DNA from: an uncultured archaeon
GTDB taxonomy: Archaea > Altiarchaeota > Altiarchaeia > IMC4 > SCGC-AAA252-I15
Direction of reading: 5' to 3'
DNA: 64,000 nucleotides
Assembly (NCBI GenBank): GCA_964423225.1
Contig: CAYREE010000002.1
Span: 10,278-74,277 of the forward strand
Positions 1 through 9,702 of this stretch are shown here, piece by piece. The position numbers were made by a program, and so were the translations under genes. The notes under the pieces are model-generated. The model made no database searches, was not told where the DNA came from, and worked only from the letters and a program-made list of their open reading frames with translations. Each line of letters begins with the position of its first letter. Positions within the stretch are counted from its first letter, which is position 1.

Positions 1-512
1 GTCTGTTCCCAATGAGGTCCGTTTATCGTGTGTAGTGCGAGCTGCTTATATGTTTCAGGATATACCATGCCCTTGTCTATACATCCTTCTAAGATCCCGA
101 AAAGGTATTGGGGAGAGATTGCAGGTCCGACACGTTGTAGTATAGGCTGATCATTTAGCTCGAATGCAGCACCTACGGATACCTCTGCGGGTAGCATTTC
201 ACCCCTCTTTATGGCCGTTTCAAGTAGTTGGGCCCCGAAGTTACGTTGTAGGCCAGTAGGATCAAAATACATGCCATATTCCTTCTTCTTGGGTATGCCA
301 TACAAATCAATGGCTTGAGCAACCTCGCTTAGGGTTTCATGCGGTGCATGTTTTCCTGACTGTTCGAGGGTTTGCATCCTCACCATATCTCTAACGATAT
401 TGGAGACACCATGATCAACTGATGGTAGTGATCCATCATAGTGCTGGACGTTTTCCCCAGCATTCAATCTTTTTAGCCTATGAGTGATTTCAGCATACTG
501 TGGGTCAGCCAT
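1..512 (-). CDS. Hypothetical protein, partial (start at 512-510; 3' end beyond window start)
   Basis: Hand translation of the reverse complement gives MADPQYAEITHRLKRLNAGENVQHYDGSLPSV... with no stop through position 1. GC looks higher than the window average. No recognisable motif. Confidence 0.4.
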   Translation of the reverse strand, partial: MADPQYAEITHRLKRLNAGENVQHYDGSLPSVDHGVSNIVRDMVRMQTLEQSGKHAPHETLSEVAQAIDLYGIPKKKEYGMYFDPTGLQRNFGAQLLETAIKRGEMLPAEVSVGAAFELNDQPILQRVGPAISPQYLFGILEGCIDKGMVYPETYKQLALHTINGPHWEQ

Positions 513-572
513 AATACTTTTATACGAAACCCGGGTTATTAAATCTTTTATCTATTATTCCTGCCTAAATCT

Positions 573-1655
573 ATGGTAATGGCTTTATTCAGGCGTACTC
601 GTGAGGCTCATTATGCTGATGTCCCCGAGCTTCGGGCCGCCTCAGGTATCATAGATCGTGATAAAAAGATTGCATTGGATTTGATAGCACTTATGCTGCC
701 TGATAAGATGTGGGGTAGGAGCGACAAGAAATTCTTTGAGCAGGAAGTTGTGCCAGAGTGGATAAAAAACGGTATTCTCATCAATAACCGTGAGGATAAT
801 GGCCGTGCACTAATCGACGTCAGCCATGTGTTGCGTGCTGTTATCGATGATGAACCGTCGCAACACAGGATCCGTCATGTACGGCATGTTGGCGGGTTAT
901 TCGAGGATATCAGCAAGAAACTCAATCCCACTGTAGAGTCAAAACATGCATTAACGTCAATACAGGCGGAGACAATCAGGCTAGCATTTGACGGCTCGAG
1001 GATGAGGGTATCCGGTGATGAGAGGCCGATCACTACTTTCAGGCGTGTCTCATCGATGATTGATAGAGTTCATGACGGGCGTGGCGACATGATGAATGCA
1101 TTATGCCTGGCTCAGGCCACCAGTATTGAGGCTGCAGGCCGGGTTGCCGTGGATTTTCAACAGGATCCGGAGACTCTGAGGGAGATGACATATCATCTGG
1201 ATGACTTGGCCAATATTCTGACACATAGTAAGATGAAGCTAGCTGAACATCCACGTGAACTATCCGCAATAGCTAATACTCTAAAGACTTCCCGTGAGGA
1301 GGCTTTTGTTGGTGGTGAGAGAGCAAGCAGGCTCTTTTGGGGAGTCCTTGGCCATATGCATGGTCATGGATCACAGCTTATCAAACCAGATAACCTTGAT
1401 GATACAATGCAGATAATATTAAGGAATTCTGATGATTTAGTTAAGGCTGGGAGGTTAACCACACCTGAACGCGCATCATTATTCGCCCAGGCAGTCGCCA
1501 ATACGATACATCTACTAGATGTCTCAGATCACGGGCAACTCGAGACGGTTTGCAGTAGGATAACCTCAATTCATAAACAACATAAATTGAGTCTAGAACA
1601 TGTTGCGAAAACTCGGAGTAGGGATGATATTCTAAAAGTATTACAGATGAACTAG
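573..1655 (+). CDS. Hypothetical protein (360 aa), no recognisable domain
   Basis: Long ORF with GC apparently above the local average. No Walker motif and no TM segment. Confidence 0.5.
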   Translation: MVMALFRRTREAHYADVPELRAASGIIDRDKKIALDLIALMLPDKMWGRSDKKFFEQEVVPEWIKNGILINNREDNGRALIDVSHVLRAVIDDEPSQHRIRHVRHVGGLFEDISKKLNPTVESKHALTSIQAETIRLAFDGSRMRVSGDERPITTFRRVSSMIDRVHDGRGDMMNALCLAQATSIEAAGRVAVDFQQDPETLREMTYHLDDLANILTHSKMKLAEHPRELSAIANTLKTSREEAFVGGERASRLFWGVLGHMHGHGSQLIKPDNLDDTMQIILRNSDDLVKAGRLTTPERASLFAQAVANTIHLLDVSDHGQLETVCSRITSIHKQHKLSLEHVAKTRSRDDILKVLQMN

Positions 1656-1660
1656 GTTGA

Positions 1661-4600
1661 TTAGAAACCTGCTATCTGCGCTTTTATCTTCCTCGCAGTC
1701 TTTGTTCCGACTACATCCGCGATTTCTTTCACAGAAGCTTCTTTCAGTTTAGCAGGAGTCTTAAATCCTGCTCTAAATAACTTGCGGGCCCGGACTCTTC
1801 CAACCTCCTTGTAAGCTACAAGTGGCAATAACTCTTTACGCACACCGTATTTAACCCGGGTTTCAAGCTTCTTCACTTCAATATGGCTTTTCTTCAAACC
1901 TGTGATCCGTGTGAGCTCACATGCCGCATAGCATAACCATTCAAGATTTTGGATCCGCATATTCAATTGTCCGGGAGTAACATTGTATTCCTCTAGTATC
2001 TCGTCCTCAGTCTTCTCATTTATCCATTCGTCAAACATCAAGGCGGTCTTGAATCTGTTCAGAAACTCATAGTCCAAGTCAAAACCACCGATATCCCTAA
2101 GAAGCTTTTCTTCTGATTCATATGCTTTCGCCCACAAAACAGACTCCTCCTTCTGTCGTACCGGTAACTGTATTATCTCAACAGCATCGGAAACCACTTC
2201 AAGAAGTCCGATCTCGTCGAACATCTTCTTCTCCTCTGCCTTACCAAACATCTTTAGGTAATTATATCCTGTTAATGGATCGATGTATAGTTCTGAGACT
2301 CGTATCCCCAGTTCTGTTGGAACAAGGAACCTATCCTCTCTTCTAACAAATTCCCATTTGACAAGCTCTTCAACAATCTCCTCTAACATAGATTCGAAAT
2401 CCTTTCTCACACCATATTGGAATCCGAAAAAAGTTGTGCGAAAAAACTCTGTGAGGGCGTCTAGCGTCCTTGTGAACGATGATGCAATAGATGCGAGGGC
2501 ATGGAATCTTAAAACTGGTTTCACACCAAGTCTAGAATGAATGTCTTCAGGCTCCCCCTGCAGATAATGTTCGTCAATATATTCCTGTTCATCCTGGCTT
2601 GAAGCAATAGTCACAGCATATCCAACCTCATCATACCTAGGCCTGCCTGCCCTGCCTACTTGTTGTTTGTATTCTAAGACTGGGATGTATACAAGCCCGG
2701 TCTGAGTGTATCTTCTAACATCCCTTATGACAACGGTTCTGGCCGGTAGGTTGACGCCCGCAGAATTATGGACGATTATGCCTTCAGCGATAAACAGATG
2801 GTCGTTTGATCCATCGTCAGGCAAGACAACATCATAAACATTTTTACAATTGTTTTTCACTACACTAACTTCCTTAATAATGTCCCAGAAAATATCTCCG
2901 TCAAAGGCCTTGCTTCTCCATGTCCCCCTGATTTTTTTATCAAATTTTGAGTTACAGAGGGGGCAATTATCCTCTTTTATGAAATATTGTGATACTTCAA
3001 TGTTTTTTTCCAATAGATTTTCATATATCCATTTCCCTAAATCATTTAGGCTCCAAATCCATTCATTTGCCCCAAATCTACGTTTCTTGATTAACGCATA
3101 ATGGTGGTTGATCCGTGATACTTTTCCTTTAGGCTCGTAGCCTAATATCCTCACCATTTCCCTAGATGCTAGTTCACCCCTCTCCCCTAACAATTCTATT
3201 ACTCTTTTTTTTCGTTTTCCCCATTCTTTTCCCAGTCTTGTTCTTCCTTTAAAGAGGTTTGGTCGAAGACAATATGAACACTTTTTGCAAGTAACTCTAT
3301 CTACTTCATAGCGGTTTATGACCTCCTCTAATCCCCTCTGTTTCCTTTTTACGTTAAATCCTATGTATTTGTAGAAATCCAAGATTCCTTTCCGATTTTG
3401 TATATAGAGCTCTTGGTAATCACTCGTATCATATCTCCTATCATTAATGATGATTTGACTGCCTTTCCTCTCTCGAATCCAGGATACTATCCCATATCTC
3501 AATAAGCTTTTCTGCAGGGTCTTAATCAAACTATTAGAGATATTTGAGAAGCTCAGTCGACCTCTTTTTTCTATGCACCCGTCGGTATCAAATAGGCCCC
3601 TTATCAAATGTGCTAGTTTATCCTCTGATGCACTCATCAGCCTCATATCAATCTGTTTTTTAAAACCAATATCCACGCCGCTTCTGACTAAAAACTCCCT
3701 GAACCATTTGGTTTTAGTTAATATGATCTGTTGAGTCCCATAGTGATTTTTTACTATTTTATAATGCAAGCAGAATTTCTTGCAGATACGTGAAATCTTA
3801 TTGATTATATCCTTGTCTTCACTGACTATCGATGGGCTCCCTTTGTAGATTATCTCTCCTTTTTGGGTTTCGGCACCTGAATACCCATCGCCAAGGAATA
3901 CTCCTATCAAATAGTATATTGACTCATCAATCTCCGTGTCGTTGAATGGCAGCTTGTTGTCCTTCATGAAGTCAGACCACCTATTTTGTCTCAGGTCTTC
4001 GATTTTTAACTGACCGATTGTCGCTATTTTGTCCCCTATCTTACATTCCGAGGCTTTCACCAAGATTCTCTCACTACCATTGTTTAACAGCATCTTATGG
4101 TTTTCAGTGACGAGAATCGGCCCATAATTAGAAGTAGTTATCCTAACCATTCTTTTTGGAGCAAGTAACTCGACAATATCCTTGGTTTTCACAATGATTA
4201 GCTTGTTTTCCTTAAGTCCAATGACTTGTTTACCCGGCTTTATTTTCTTTACAGCGATCTCACTCATACCACTCCATATTTTGGTGTCCTCACTCAAACA
4301 AAGCGTAGGCGTCGCTGAGATCATCTTTAACAAACCGTTCTTGAATGAGTCTTCTATCAATGTTCTCTGCTTGTTGACAAGGCCTGCATGATGGAATGCG
4401 GTTCCAGTCTTAACGCATGCTGCAAGACGACGGCACTGTTTTGTATTGCTTGATAATGCGTCTAGTATTCCCCCAGCGATTTTTTCAAGCTTTTCTTTTT
4501 CCACAGTGAGTTTTAGTTGTTGGCCGAGTTTTTCAGCTACTGCTTCTGCACTACGCCTGGAGTTCACAAAGACGAGTGCCTGCCCATCCTCAACGGCATT

Positions 4601-5266
4601 CTTCACAACATCTCCTAGTGACTCCTCCTCTTTCACTACCACGCTCTCATGTAGTTCTACCGGCCTCCAATCAGAATTTACTAGAGTGGCGTTGAGCCAT
4701 TCGGCTAGCTCGTCTGCATTTCCAATTGTTGCAGATAGTCCGATGACCTGGACGTCAGGATAAATGTTTCGGAATTTGGATGTCAATACCTCGTATACGG
4801 GTCCTCTGTCTGTTGCGATCAAATGTATTTCATCTAGTACTAGGACGCTTGTTCCAGTAAACCATTTTGGCCTGCTTCTGAGGATGGAATCGCATTTCTC
4901 GGCTGTTGCAACAATTATATCATAGGATGGTCGTCTCTTGTATTTACTGGAGTCAAGGTCTCCTACTTCTAATCTTACCTTATACCCGAACTGCTCGTAT
5001 TTCTTGAATTCATTGTATTTTTCGTAGGCGAGGGCTCGAAGCGGGACTATATAGACTGCCTTCTTGCCTTCTTCTAATGCCTTCATTATTGCAAGTTCTG
5101 ATGCGATCGTCTTTCCGCTTGCAGTTGGAGTGCAGATGATGATGTTTTTATGGGATAGTATGCCTGCTTTGGCGGCTAGTTCTTGTGGAGGATATAGGCT
5201 ATCCACTCCAATATCTGCGAGCATCTGTTTGAATTCCGTTTTTACCTCGAGTTCCTCTACAAGCAT
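1661..5266 (-). CDS. hel308: Hel308/Ski2-like DNA helicase (Hjm) interrupted by an in-frame intein
   Basis: Walker A CTPTASGKT, DEIH box, SAT motif and a C-terminal HhH-like tail. The extein is about 689 aa once aa 323-834 are removed, and the junction restores the ATPTL|SAGVNLPA helicase motif. Confidence 0.85.
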   Translation of the reverse strand: MLVEELEVKTEFKQMLADIGVDSLYPPQELAAKAGILSHKNIIICTPTASGKTIASELAIMKALEEGKKAVYIVPLRALAYEKYNEFKKYEQFGYKVRLEVGDLDSSKYKRRPSYDIIVATAEKCDSILRSRPKWFTGTSVLVLDEIHLIATDRGPVYEVLTSKFRNIYPDVQVIGLSATIGNADELAEWLNATLVNSDWRPVELHESVVVKEEESLGDVVKNAVEDGQALVFVNSRRSAEAVAEKLGQQLKLTVEKEKLEKIAGGILDALSSNTKQCRRLAACVKTGTAFHHAGLVNKQRTLIEDSFKNGLLKMISATPTLCLSEDTKIWSGMSEIAVKKIKPGKQVIGLKENKLIIVKTKDIVELLAPKRMVRITTSNYGPILVTENHKMLLNNGSERILVKASECKIGDKIATIGQLKIEDLRQNRWSDFMKDNKLPFNDTEIDESIYYLIGVFLGDGYSGAETQKGEIIYKGSPSIVSEDKDIINKISRICKKFCLHYKIVKNHYGTQQIILTKTKWFREFLVRSGVDIGFKKQIDMRLMSASEDKLAHLIRGLFDTDGCIEKRGRLSFSNISNSLIKTLQKSLLRYGIVSWIRERKGSQIIINDRRYDTSDYQELYIQNRKGILDFYKYIGFNVKRKQRGLEEVINRYEVDRVTCKKCSYCLRPNLFKGRTRLGKEWGKRKKRVIELLGERGELASREMVRILGYEPKGKVSRINHHYALIKKRRFGANEWIWSLNDLGKWIYENLLEKNIEVSQYFIKEDNCPLCNSKFDKKIRGTWRSKAFDGDIFWDIIKEVSVVKNNCKNVYDVVLPDDGSNDHLFIAEGIIVHNSAGVNLPARTVVIRDVRRYTQTGLVYIPVLEYKQQVGRAGRPRYDEVGYAVTIASSQDEQEYIDEHYLQGEPEDIHSRLGVKPVLRFHALASIASSFTRTLDALTEFFRTTFFGFQYGVRKDFESMLEEIVEELVKWEFVRREDRFLVPTELGIRVSELYIDPLTGYNYLKMFGKAEEKKMFDEIGLLEVVSDAVEIIQLPVRQKEESVLWAKAYESEEKLLRDIGGFDLDYEFLNRFKTALMFDEWINEKTEDEILEEYNVTPGQLNMRIQNLEWLCYAACELTRITGLKKSHIEVKKLETRVKYGVRKELLPLVAYKEVGRVRARKLFRAGFKTPAKLKEASVKEIADVVGTKTARKIKAQIAGF
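2765..4300 (-). mobile_element. Intein (512 aa) with LAGLIDADG homing-endonuclease domain inside hel308
   Basis: Starts with Cys (CLSEDTKIW) and ends ...IIVHN followed by extein Ser. Two LAGLIDADG-type blocks (LIGVFLGDGYSG and LIRGLFDTDGCI) and Cys clusters (CKKCSYC, CPLCNS) suggesting a Zn ribbon. Confidence 0.8.
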
Positions 5267-5329
5267 TTTTTTTAGGATAAGTATTTGGGGTTTGAATGAA
5301 AAAGATGGGAGAGTGTATTGAAAAAGTAT

Positions 5330-6169
5330 TTAGTCTACTACTTCTGGTCTGGGTCGAAGCTTTAAAGCCATGTCATTGCATCGTTTTCCGTTTACCTCAT
5401 CACCTGCCGAATAGTATGCTAATCCAAGCCTGTTCCATCCGACATAATCATCCATATTCAATTCCACGAACCTTGTGAAATATCCTACAGCTTTCTGATA
5501 GTCGCCTCTACGATCGCTTATTATCCCCATGTGAAACCAGGTAGTAGAATGTTTCTTGTCATTTTCTAAGACACGTTGATAATATCCCAGTGCAGCATCT
5601 GGTTCCCCCCATTCCTGGTGGAATCTACCCATCGAGTGAAGTGCTTCAACATCATTTGGATTGGCTTTCAACCTTTGTTTGAGGCTGGCAATCTCTTTTA
5701 TTAATTTTGCTTCATCAACCTGGACACAGGTTCCATGGACGTGTGGTCTTTCACCTGTATCTCTCATATCCTCATCTTGTTGTATTACTTCAACACCTTT
5801 TGGAATATCCCTTAAGAAATCACCAACTCTAACAATATCTCCAAATCCGCGGAGTCTCAGCTGATTTCCTCTGATACTATCAAAAGCATTGATCAAGGGG
5901 ACTACCTCTTGCATACGTGCTATCGCATATTCTGGATTCTCAAGTTCCCAGGCTGAAACTTCTCGTCTACGATCTGGCCCTAGCTGGTCAAATGGCGTAT
6001 CGGGATATGGTCTTTTAAACTGTTGTGCGATCCTATTTTCCCTCTCTGCTATTTGTCTTCCTAATTCTTCTTTCTGCTTAGCTTGTGAAGGAACTAACTC
6101 CATCACGCTAATGTCTCCGATCCTAGGCGATACTGCATTAACATAAAAAAGAGGGGTTTTTCCACTCAT
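5330..6169 (-). CDS. TPR-repeat protein
   Basis: The C-terminal half contains several 34-aa TPR-like repeats (ALGYYQRVLENDKKHSTTWFHMGII...AVGYFTRFVELN...GWNRLGLAYYSAGD). Confidence 0.6.
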   Translation of the reverse strand: MSGKTPLFYVNAVSPRIGDISVMELVPSQAKQKEELGRQIAERENRIAQQFKRPYPDTPFDQLGPDRRREVSAWELENPEYAIARMQEVVPLINAFDSIRGNQLRLRGFGDIVRVGDFLRDIPKGVEVIQQDEDMRDTGERPHVHGTCVQVDEAKLIKEIASLKQRLKANPNDVEALHSMGRFHQEWGEPDAALGYYQRVLENDKKHSTTWFHMGIISDRRGDYQKAVGYFTRFVELNMDDYVGWNRLGLAYYSAGDEVNGKRCNDMALKLRPRPEVVD

Positions 6170-6202
6170 AATATATGAAAATAGGCAGGAAAGATTGAAG
6201 AA

Positions 6203-7387
6203 TCAATGCTCATCAGGTGTTATATCATACTTTCTTAAAAGATACTTGAATGCTAGTGGGGTAAGAAGTGTTGTTATGAATGCCATTGACACGAGTATCG
6301 TCACTATCTGATTGTTTAATATACCAAGCTTGACTCCTACACTAACAAGGACCAATTCTACAGCACCCCGTCCATTCATCCCTGCAGACACTATCATGCT
6401 GTCTTCCTTCCTCATCTTCGCGACCATGCATCCGATATAGGATCCTATGAACTTTCCTCCAAGGGCGATGGCAAGTATTATCAGAAGGAAAAAGGCCTCA
6501 TGGTATATCTCTATTAATTTAACATGGAATGCGAGAGAGACAAAGAATACCGGGCCAAGGAATCCATAGCCAATTGTCATCAGTCTGTCGTTTAAGGTCT
6601 TAAGCACTTTGGGATCTTTCATCTCTTCTCTTACAAATAATCCTGCTAGGAAGGCGCCTATTATCATATGCAATCCCATAACCTCGGCGATAACAGAGAA
6701 GATCAATGCTGTAAGCAGGCTGAATGTGAATCCATGACCCTCCTTTTCCACGTAAAACCTGTTGACCATAGGCAAGATCAGCTTGCCAATACCATATGTT
6801 ATCAGGAAGAATAAAATCACTGACAGCATGGAAGATCCTATCGTTACATATGAGAAGTGTCCGCTGTTTATCGTGTTGACAAATGCAGAGAAGAATCCAA
6901 GGGCGAGTATGTCGTCAACAAGGGCTGCTCCAATCAATACGTGACCTATCTTGTTGTTGTGCATGTTCAAATCCATGAGTATCCTAGCATTTACAGCGAT
7001 GGCTGTTATTGCAAGTCCAGTCGCTATGAATAATGCTTGATAGAGTGTTGCATCGGGCATTAGTATCAGGGTTCCATAGTATCCCAGTGCAAATGGTATT
7101 ATGAAGCCGAAGATGCCGCATAGTATTGACGGTTTGATTGATTTGAAAAAGAGTTTCGGGTCAGTCTCAACTCCAGCATAGAACATGAGGAAGAAGACGC
7201 CAAGCTCTGCTAGAAATTCGATGTATTCGCTTGGATGGATAATATCTAATAGTGTCGGACCTAATATCAGTCCTGCTATCAGCTCGCCAAGCATTGGCGG
7301 CAGGTCGAACCTTTTTCTAAATAACCTTCCTAGATACCATCCTCCCAAAAGGATGAGTAGCAGTTGTGATATCGGTGATTCAAGCAT
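6203..7387 (-). CDS. Monovalent cation:proton antiporter, CPA2 family (Kef/NapA-type)
   Basis: About 12 predicted TM helices and a typical Na+/H+ exchanger profile. Paralogous to the next gene. Confidence 0.7.
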   Translation of the reverse strand: MLESPISQLLLILLGGWYLGRLFRKRFDLPPMLGELIAGLILGPTLLDIIHPSEYIEFLAELGVFFLMFYAGVETDPKLFFKSIKPSILCGIFGFIIPFALGYYGTLILMPDATLYQALFIATGLAITAIAVNARILMDLNMHNNKIGHVLIGAALVDDILALGFFSAFVNTINSGHFSYVTIGSSMLSVILFFLITYGIGKLILPMVNRFYVEKEGHGFTFSLLTALIFSVIAEVMGLHMIIGAFLAGLFVREEMKDPKVLKTLNDRLMTIGYGFLGPVFFVSLAFHVKLIEIYHEAFFLLIILAIALGGKFIGSYIGCMVAKMRKEDSMIVSAGMNGRGAVELVLVSVGVKLGILNNQIVTILVSMAFITTLLTPLAFKYLLRKYDITPDEH

Positions 7388-7435
7388 GAAACAACCATTA
7401 CGAATACAATGATTAAAAAGGCTACTGTTTTTATC

Positions 7436-8644
7436 CTATTTGTACAGCCAATTCCTCAATACAATGGGGGTGATAATGGTTGTTAAAAGACTCATGAATA
7501 TTATAGCTACATACAAATCTTGTTCTATTATTTTTTCAGTTAGTCCAATTAATCCGACTATCATTGCGACTTCTCCGCGGGGAGACATTCCGAATCCAAT
7601 GATCAGACTGTCTCTCTTGTTTATCCCCACCAATAGCGATACTAGATAGCATCCTACAACCTTGGTGATTACCGCCACCACAGTAAGGACAAGTGTAAAC
7701 TCTATGATCTCCATTGTAATATAATGTGTGTCAACAAGTATTCCAAGTGATACGAAGAATATGGCTGCAAATATGATGTGAAGGTATTCTGCTCCTTCCT
7801 GGAAGTCTTTGCTGTGCCTTAGTTTGATGCCTTCTAATGAGACGCCTGCAAGGAATGCCCCGACTATCGCGGAAAGACCGATCCATTCAGCAACCATTGC
7901 ATAAAGGAATGCGACAGTCATCGCGATGATGAATACGAATTCAGGATACTGTTTTGCAAACACGGTCTTATCAATCTTCTTGATATGTCGTCTAATAAAA
8001 GTGTGTCCGATATACCCTCCTAATCCCATGAACAAGATAGCTTTTCCAAGGATAAAGAAGTCTGATAACAGTGATACTTCACCATGGACTGCTTGGATGC
8101 TTATAGACAAGGCAACAAGACCGAGTATATCGTCTATTACTGCAGCACCTATTATTGCTTCTGCTGCCTCAGTCTTAAGTTTACCCATCTCCTTCAATAC
8201 GTTAGCGGTGATTGCTATGCTTGTTGCAGTCATCGCAGTACCAACGAATACAGCACCCTTGAAGTCAAAGCCGAATAGTTCCGCTACGTAATATCCTCCG
8301 ATCCAGGGGAATACAACGCCTGCAATGGCGATGACAATGTATTTTGGCTTATAGATTCCTGATAACTTGAATTCTAAGCCGATTACGAATAATAGGATTA
8401 CTGCTCCTAGATGTGCAAGACTCGAGACAAAGTCTGTGTATGTGATCCAACCTAAAATACTTGGTCCAAGCAGTAGACCTACTAGAATCTCTCCGATAAC
8501 GACTGATTGATTGATTCTGGATGCAATAAGATATCCGAGAAGCGAGAAGAACAATAGGAGACTCATCTGGAACTCAATCCCCGACTCGATCCCAGGAACC
8601 ATTAATATCCCAATTCTTTTTTTATATTTGTAGGGGACATACAA
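7436..8644 (-). CDS. Monovalent cation:proton antiporter, CPA2 family (paralog)
   Basis: Polytopic membrane protein with the same architecture as 6203-7387. Tandem paralogs. Confidence 0.7.
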   Translation of the reverse strand: MYVPYKYKKRIGILMVPGIESGIEFQMSLLLFFSLLGYLIASRINQSVVIGEILVGLLLGPSILGWITYTDFVSSLAHLGAVILLFVIGLEFKLSGIYKPKYIVIAIAGVVFPWIGGYYVAELFGFDFKGAVFVGTAMTATSIAITANVLKEMGKLKTEAAEAIIGAAVIDDILGLVALSISIQAVHGEVSLLSDFFILGKAILFMGLGGYIGHTFIRRHIKKIDKTVFAKQYPEFVFIIAMTVAFLYAMVAEWIGLSAIVGAFLAGVSLEGIKLRHSKDFQEGAEYLHIIFAAIFFVSLGILVDTHYITMEIIEFTLVLTVVAVITKVVGCYLVSLLVGINKRDSLIIGFGMSPRGEVAMIVGLIGLTEKIIEQDLYVAIIFMSLLTTIITPIVLRNWLYK

Positions 8645-8711
8645 GGGAATGGTTCTTTATATATAAAACACTCTTCATATGAACTATGTGTCATACATTG
8701 TTTGATTTACA

Positions 8712-9197
8712 ATGAAACATGTAATCTATGTATTATTGATCCTATTTGTCTTAGGTTGTTTGCAGACATCGCGAGACAATGGCGATATCACTACGACTAA
8801 TCTGTCATCCAATATGATTTCAACTTCTTCAACAACAATCCAGACAACGACATCGACCACTATCTTTTCAACGACATCACTAATCACTGATTTTGATTAT
8901 AGCTCTTCCGTATTATATGCTGATAATTGCACTGGTTTAAAAGAATTGGCTGACAGACTGATCAATTCAGCGAATAAGTGTGTCCACGACTCTGATTGTA
9001 AATTATGTGAGAGCAAGTTTGGATGTCCCTTCGGATGCCATCATATCATCAATAAGGATTCCAATATCACTCCTATGGAAACGATTGTTGATATATACTC
9101 AAATAATTGCGATAAATGCGAGTATGATTGTCCTGAGGTTCCTCAAAGAGATTCGCTAAAATGCATTAGCGGAAAATGCACTTACATAAAACTATAG
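8712..9197 (+). CDS. Secreted or lipid-anchored Cys-rich protein with Ser/Thr-rich linker
   Basis: Signal peptide with a lipobox-like LGC, an S/T-rich stretch, and a C-terminal domain with about 12 Cys. Confidence 0.5.
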   Translation: MKHVIYVLLILFVLGCLQTSRDNGDITTTNLSSNMISTSSTTIQTTTSTTIFSTTSLITDFDYSSSVLYADNCTGLKELADRLINSANKCVHDSDCKLCESKFGCPFGCHHIINKDSNITPMETIVDIYSNNCDKCEYDCPEVPQRDSLKCISGKCTYIKL

Positions 9198-9204
9198 GCT
9201 TTCA

Positions 9205-9702
9205 TCAAATAATGAATTTTTCAATATCCTCCCTGCTCGAAGTCGTTTTTACACTTGGTATCCCGAATGCTATCACTGCCATAAGCTCATAAGAATCTGG
9301 CACCTCAAGTGTTTTCTCCACTTCTTTCCTCTGATTGATTATCTCTCCAAGCCAAACACCTCCTAAACCAAGAGAATGTATTGTAAGCAGCATGTTCTGG
9401 ATACAGGCGCCGATAGCCTGCACGTCTTTAGTATGATTATATCCTGATTCCCCATCCAGGAATACTGCAATACACGCTGGAGCATCCTGGATTATCCCAC
9501 CATATCTCGTGAATCCAGCAATACCATCCTTTTCATCGCCCTTTAAGACCTTGAATTTCCAGGGCTGATTGTTCAGGCCTGATGGAGCCCATATTCCAGC
9601 CTCAATGATCTTTTTGATTGTGCTGTCATCAACATCATCCTCAGTGTATTTTCGAATACTTCTTCTTGTTTTAACGGCTTCTATAACATCCATTTCATCC
9701 AC
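9205..9702 (-). CDS. Nitroreductase-family flavoprotein
   Basis: N-terminal RRSIRKY motif and a nitroreductase-fold profile. 165 aa. Confidence 0.65.
   Translation of the reverse strand: MDEMDVIEAVKTRRSIRKYTEDDVDDSTIKKIIEAGIWAPSGLNNQPWKFKVLKGDEKDGIAGFTRYGGIIQDAPACIAVFLDGESGYNHTKDVQAIGACIQNMLLTIHSLGLGGVWLGEIINQRKEVEKTLEVPDSYELMAVIAFGIPSVKTTSSREDIEKFII

Noticed and set aside
2122-5321. Multiple 60-120-aa plus-strand ORFs inside the hel308/intein gene (2122-2346, 2283-2540, 2850-3101, 4182-4391, 4446-4763, 5064-5321)
   Set aside because: Shadow ORFs antisense to a well-supported long CDS. Low-complexity S/T/F-rich translations typical of non-coding frames.
6150-6175. Third copy of the aaaaagaggggtt motif seen in the pilin terminators
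   Set aside because: Here it is coding sequence (MSGKTPLFY start of the TPR gene on the minus strand), so the match is coincidental and not a terminator.
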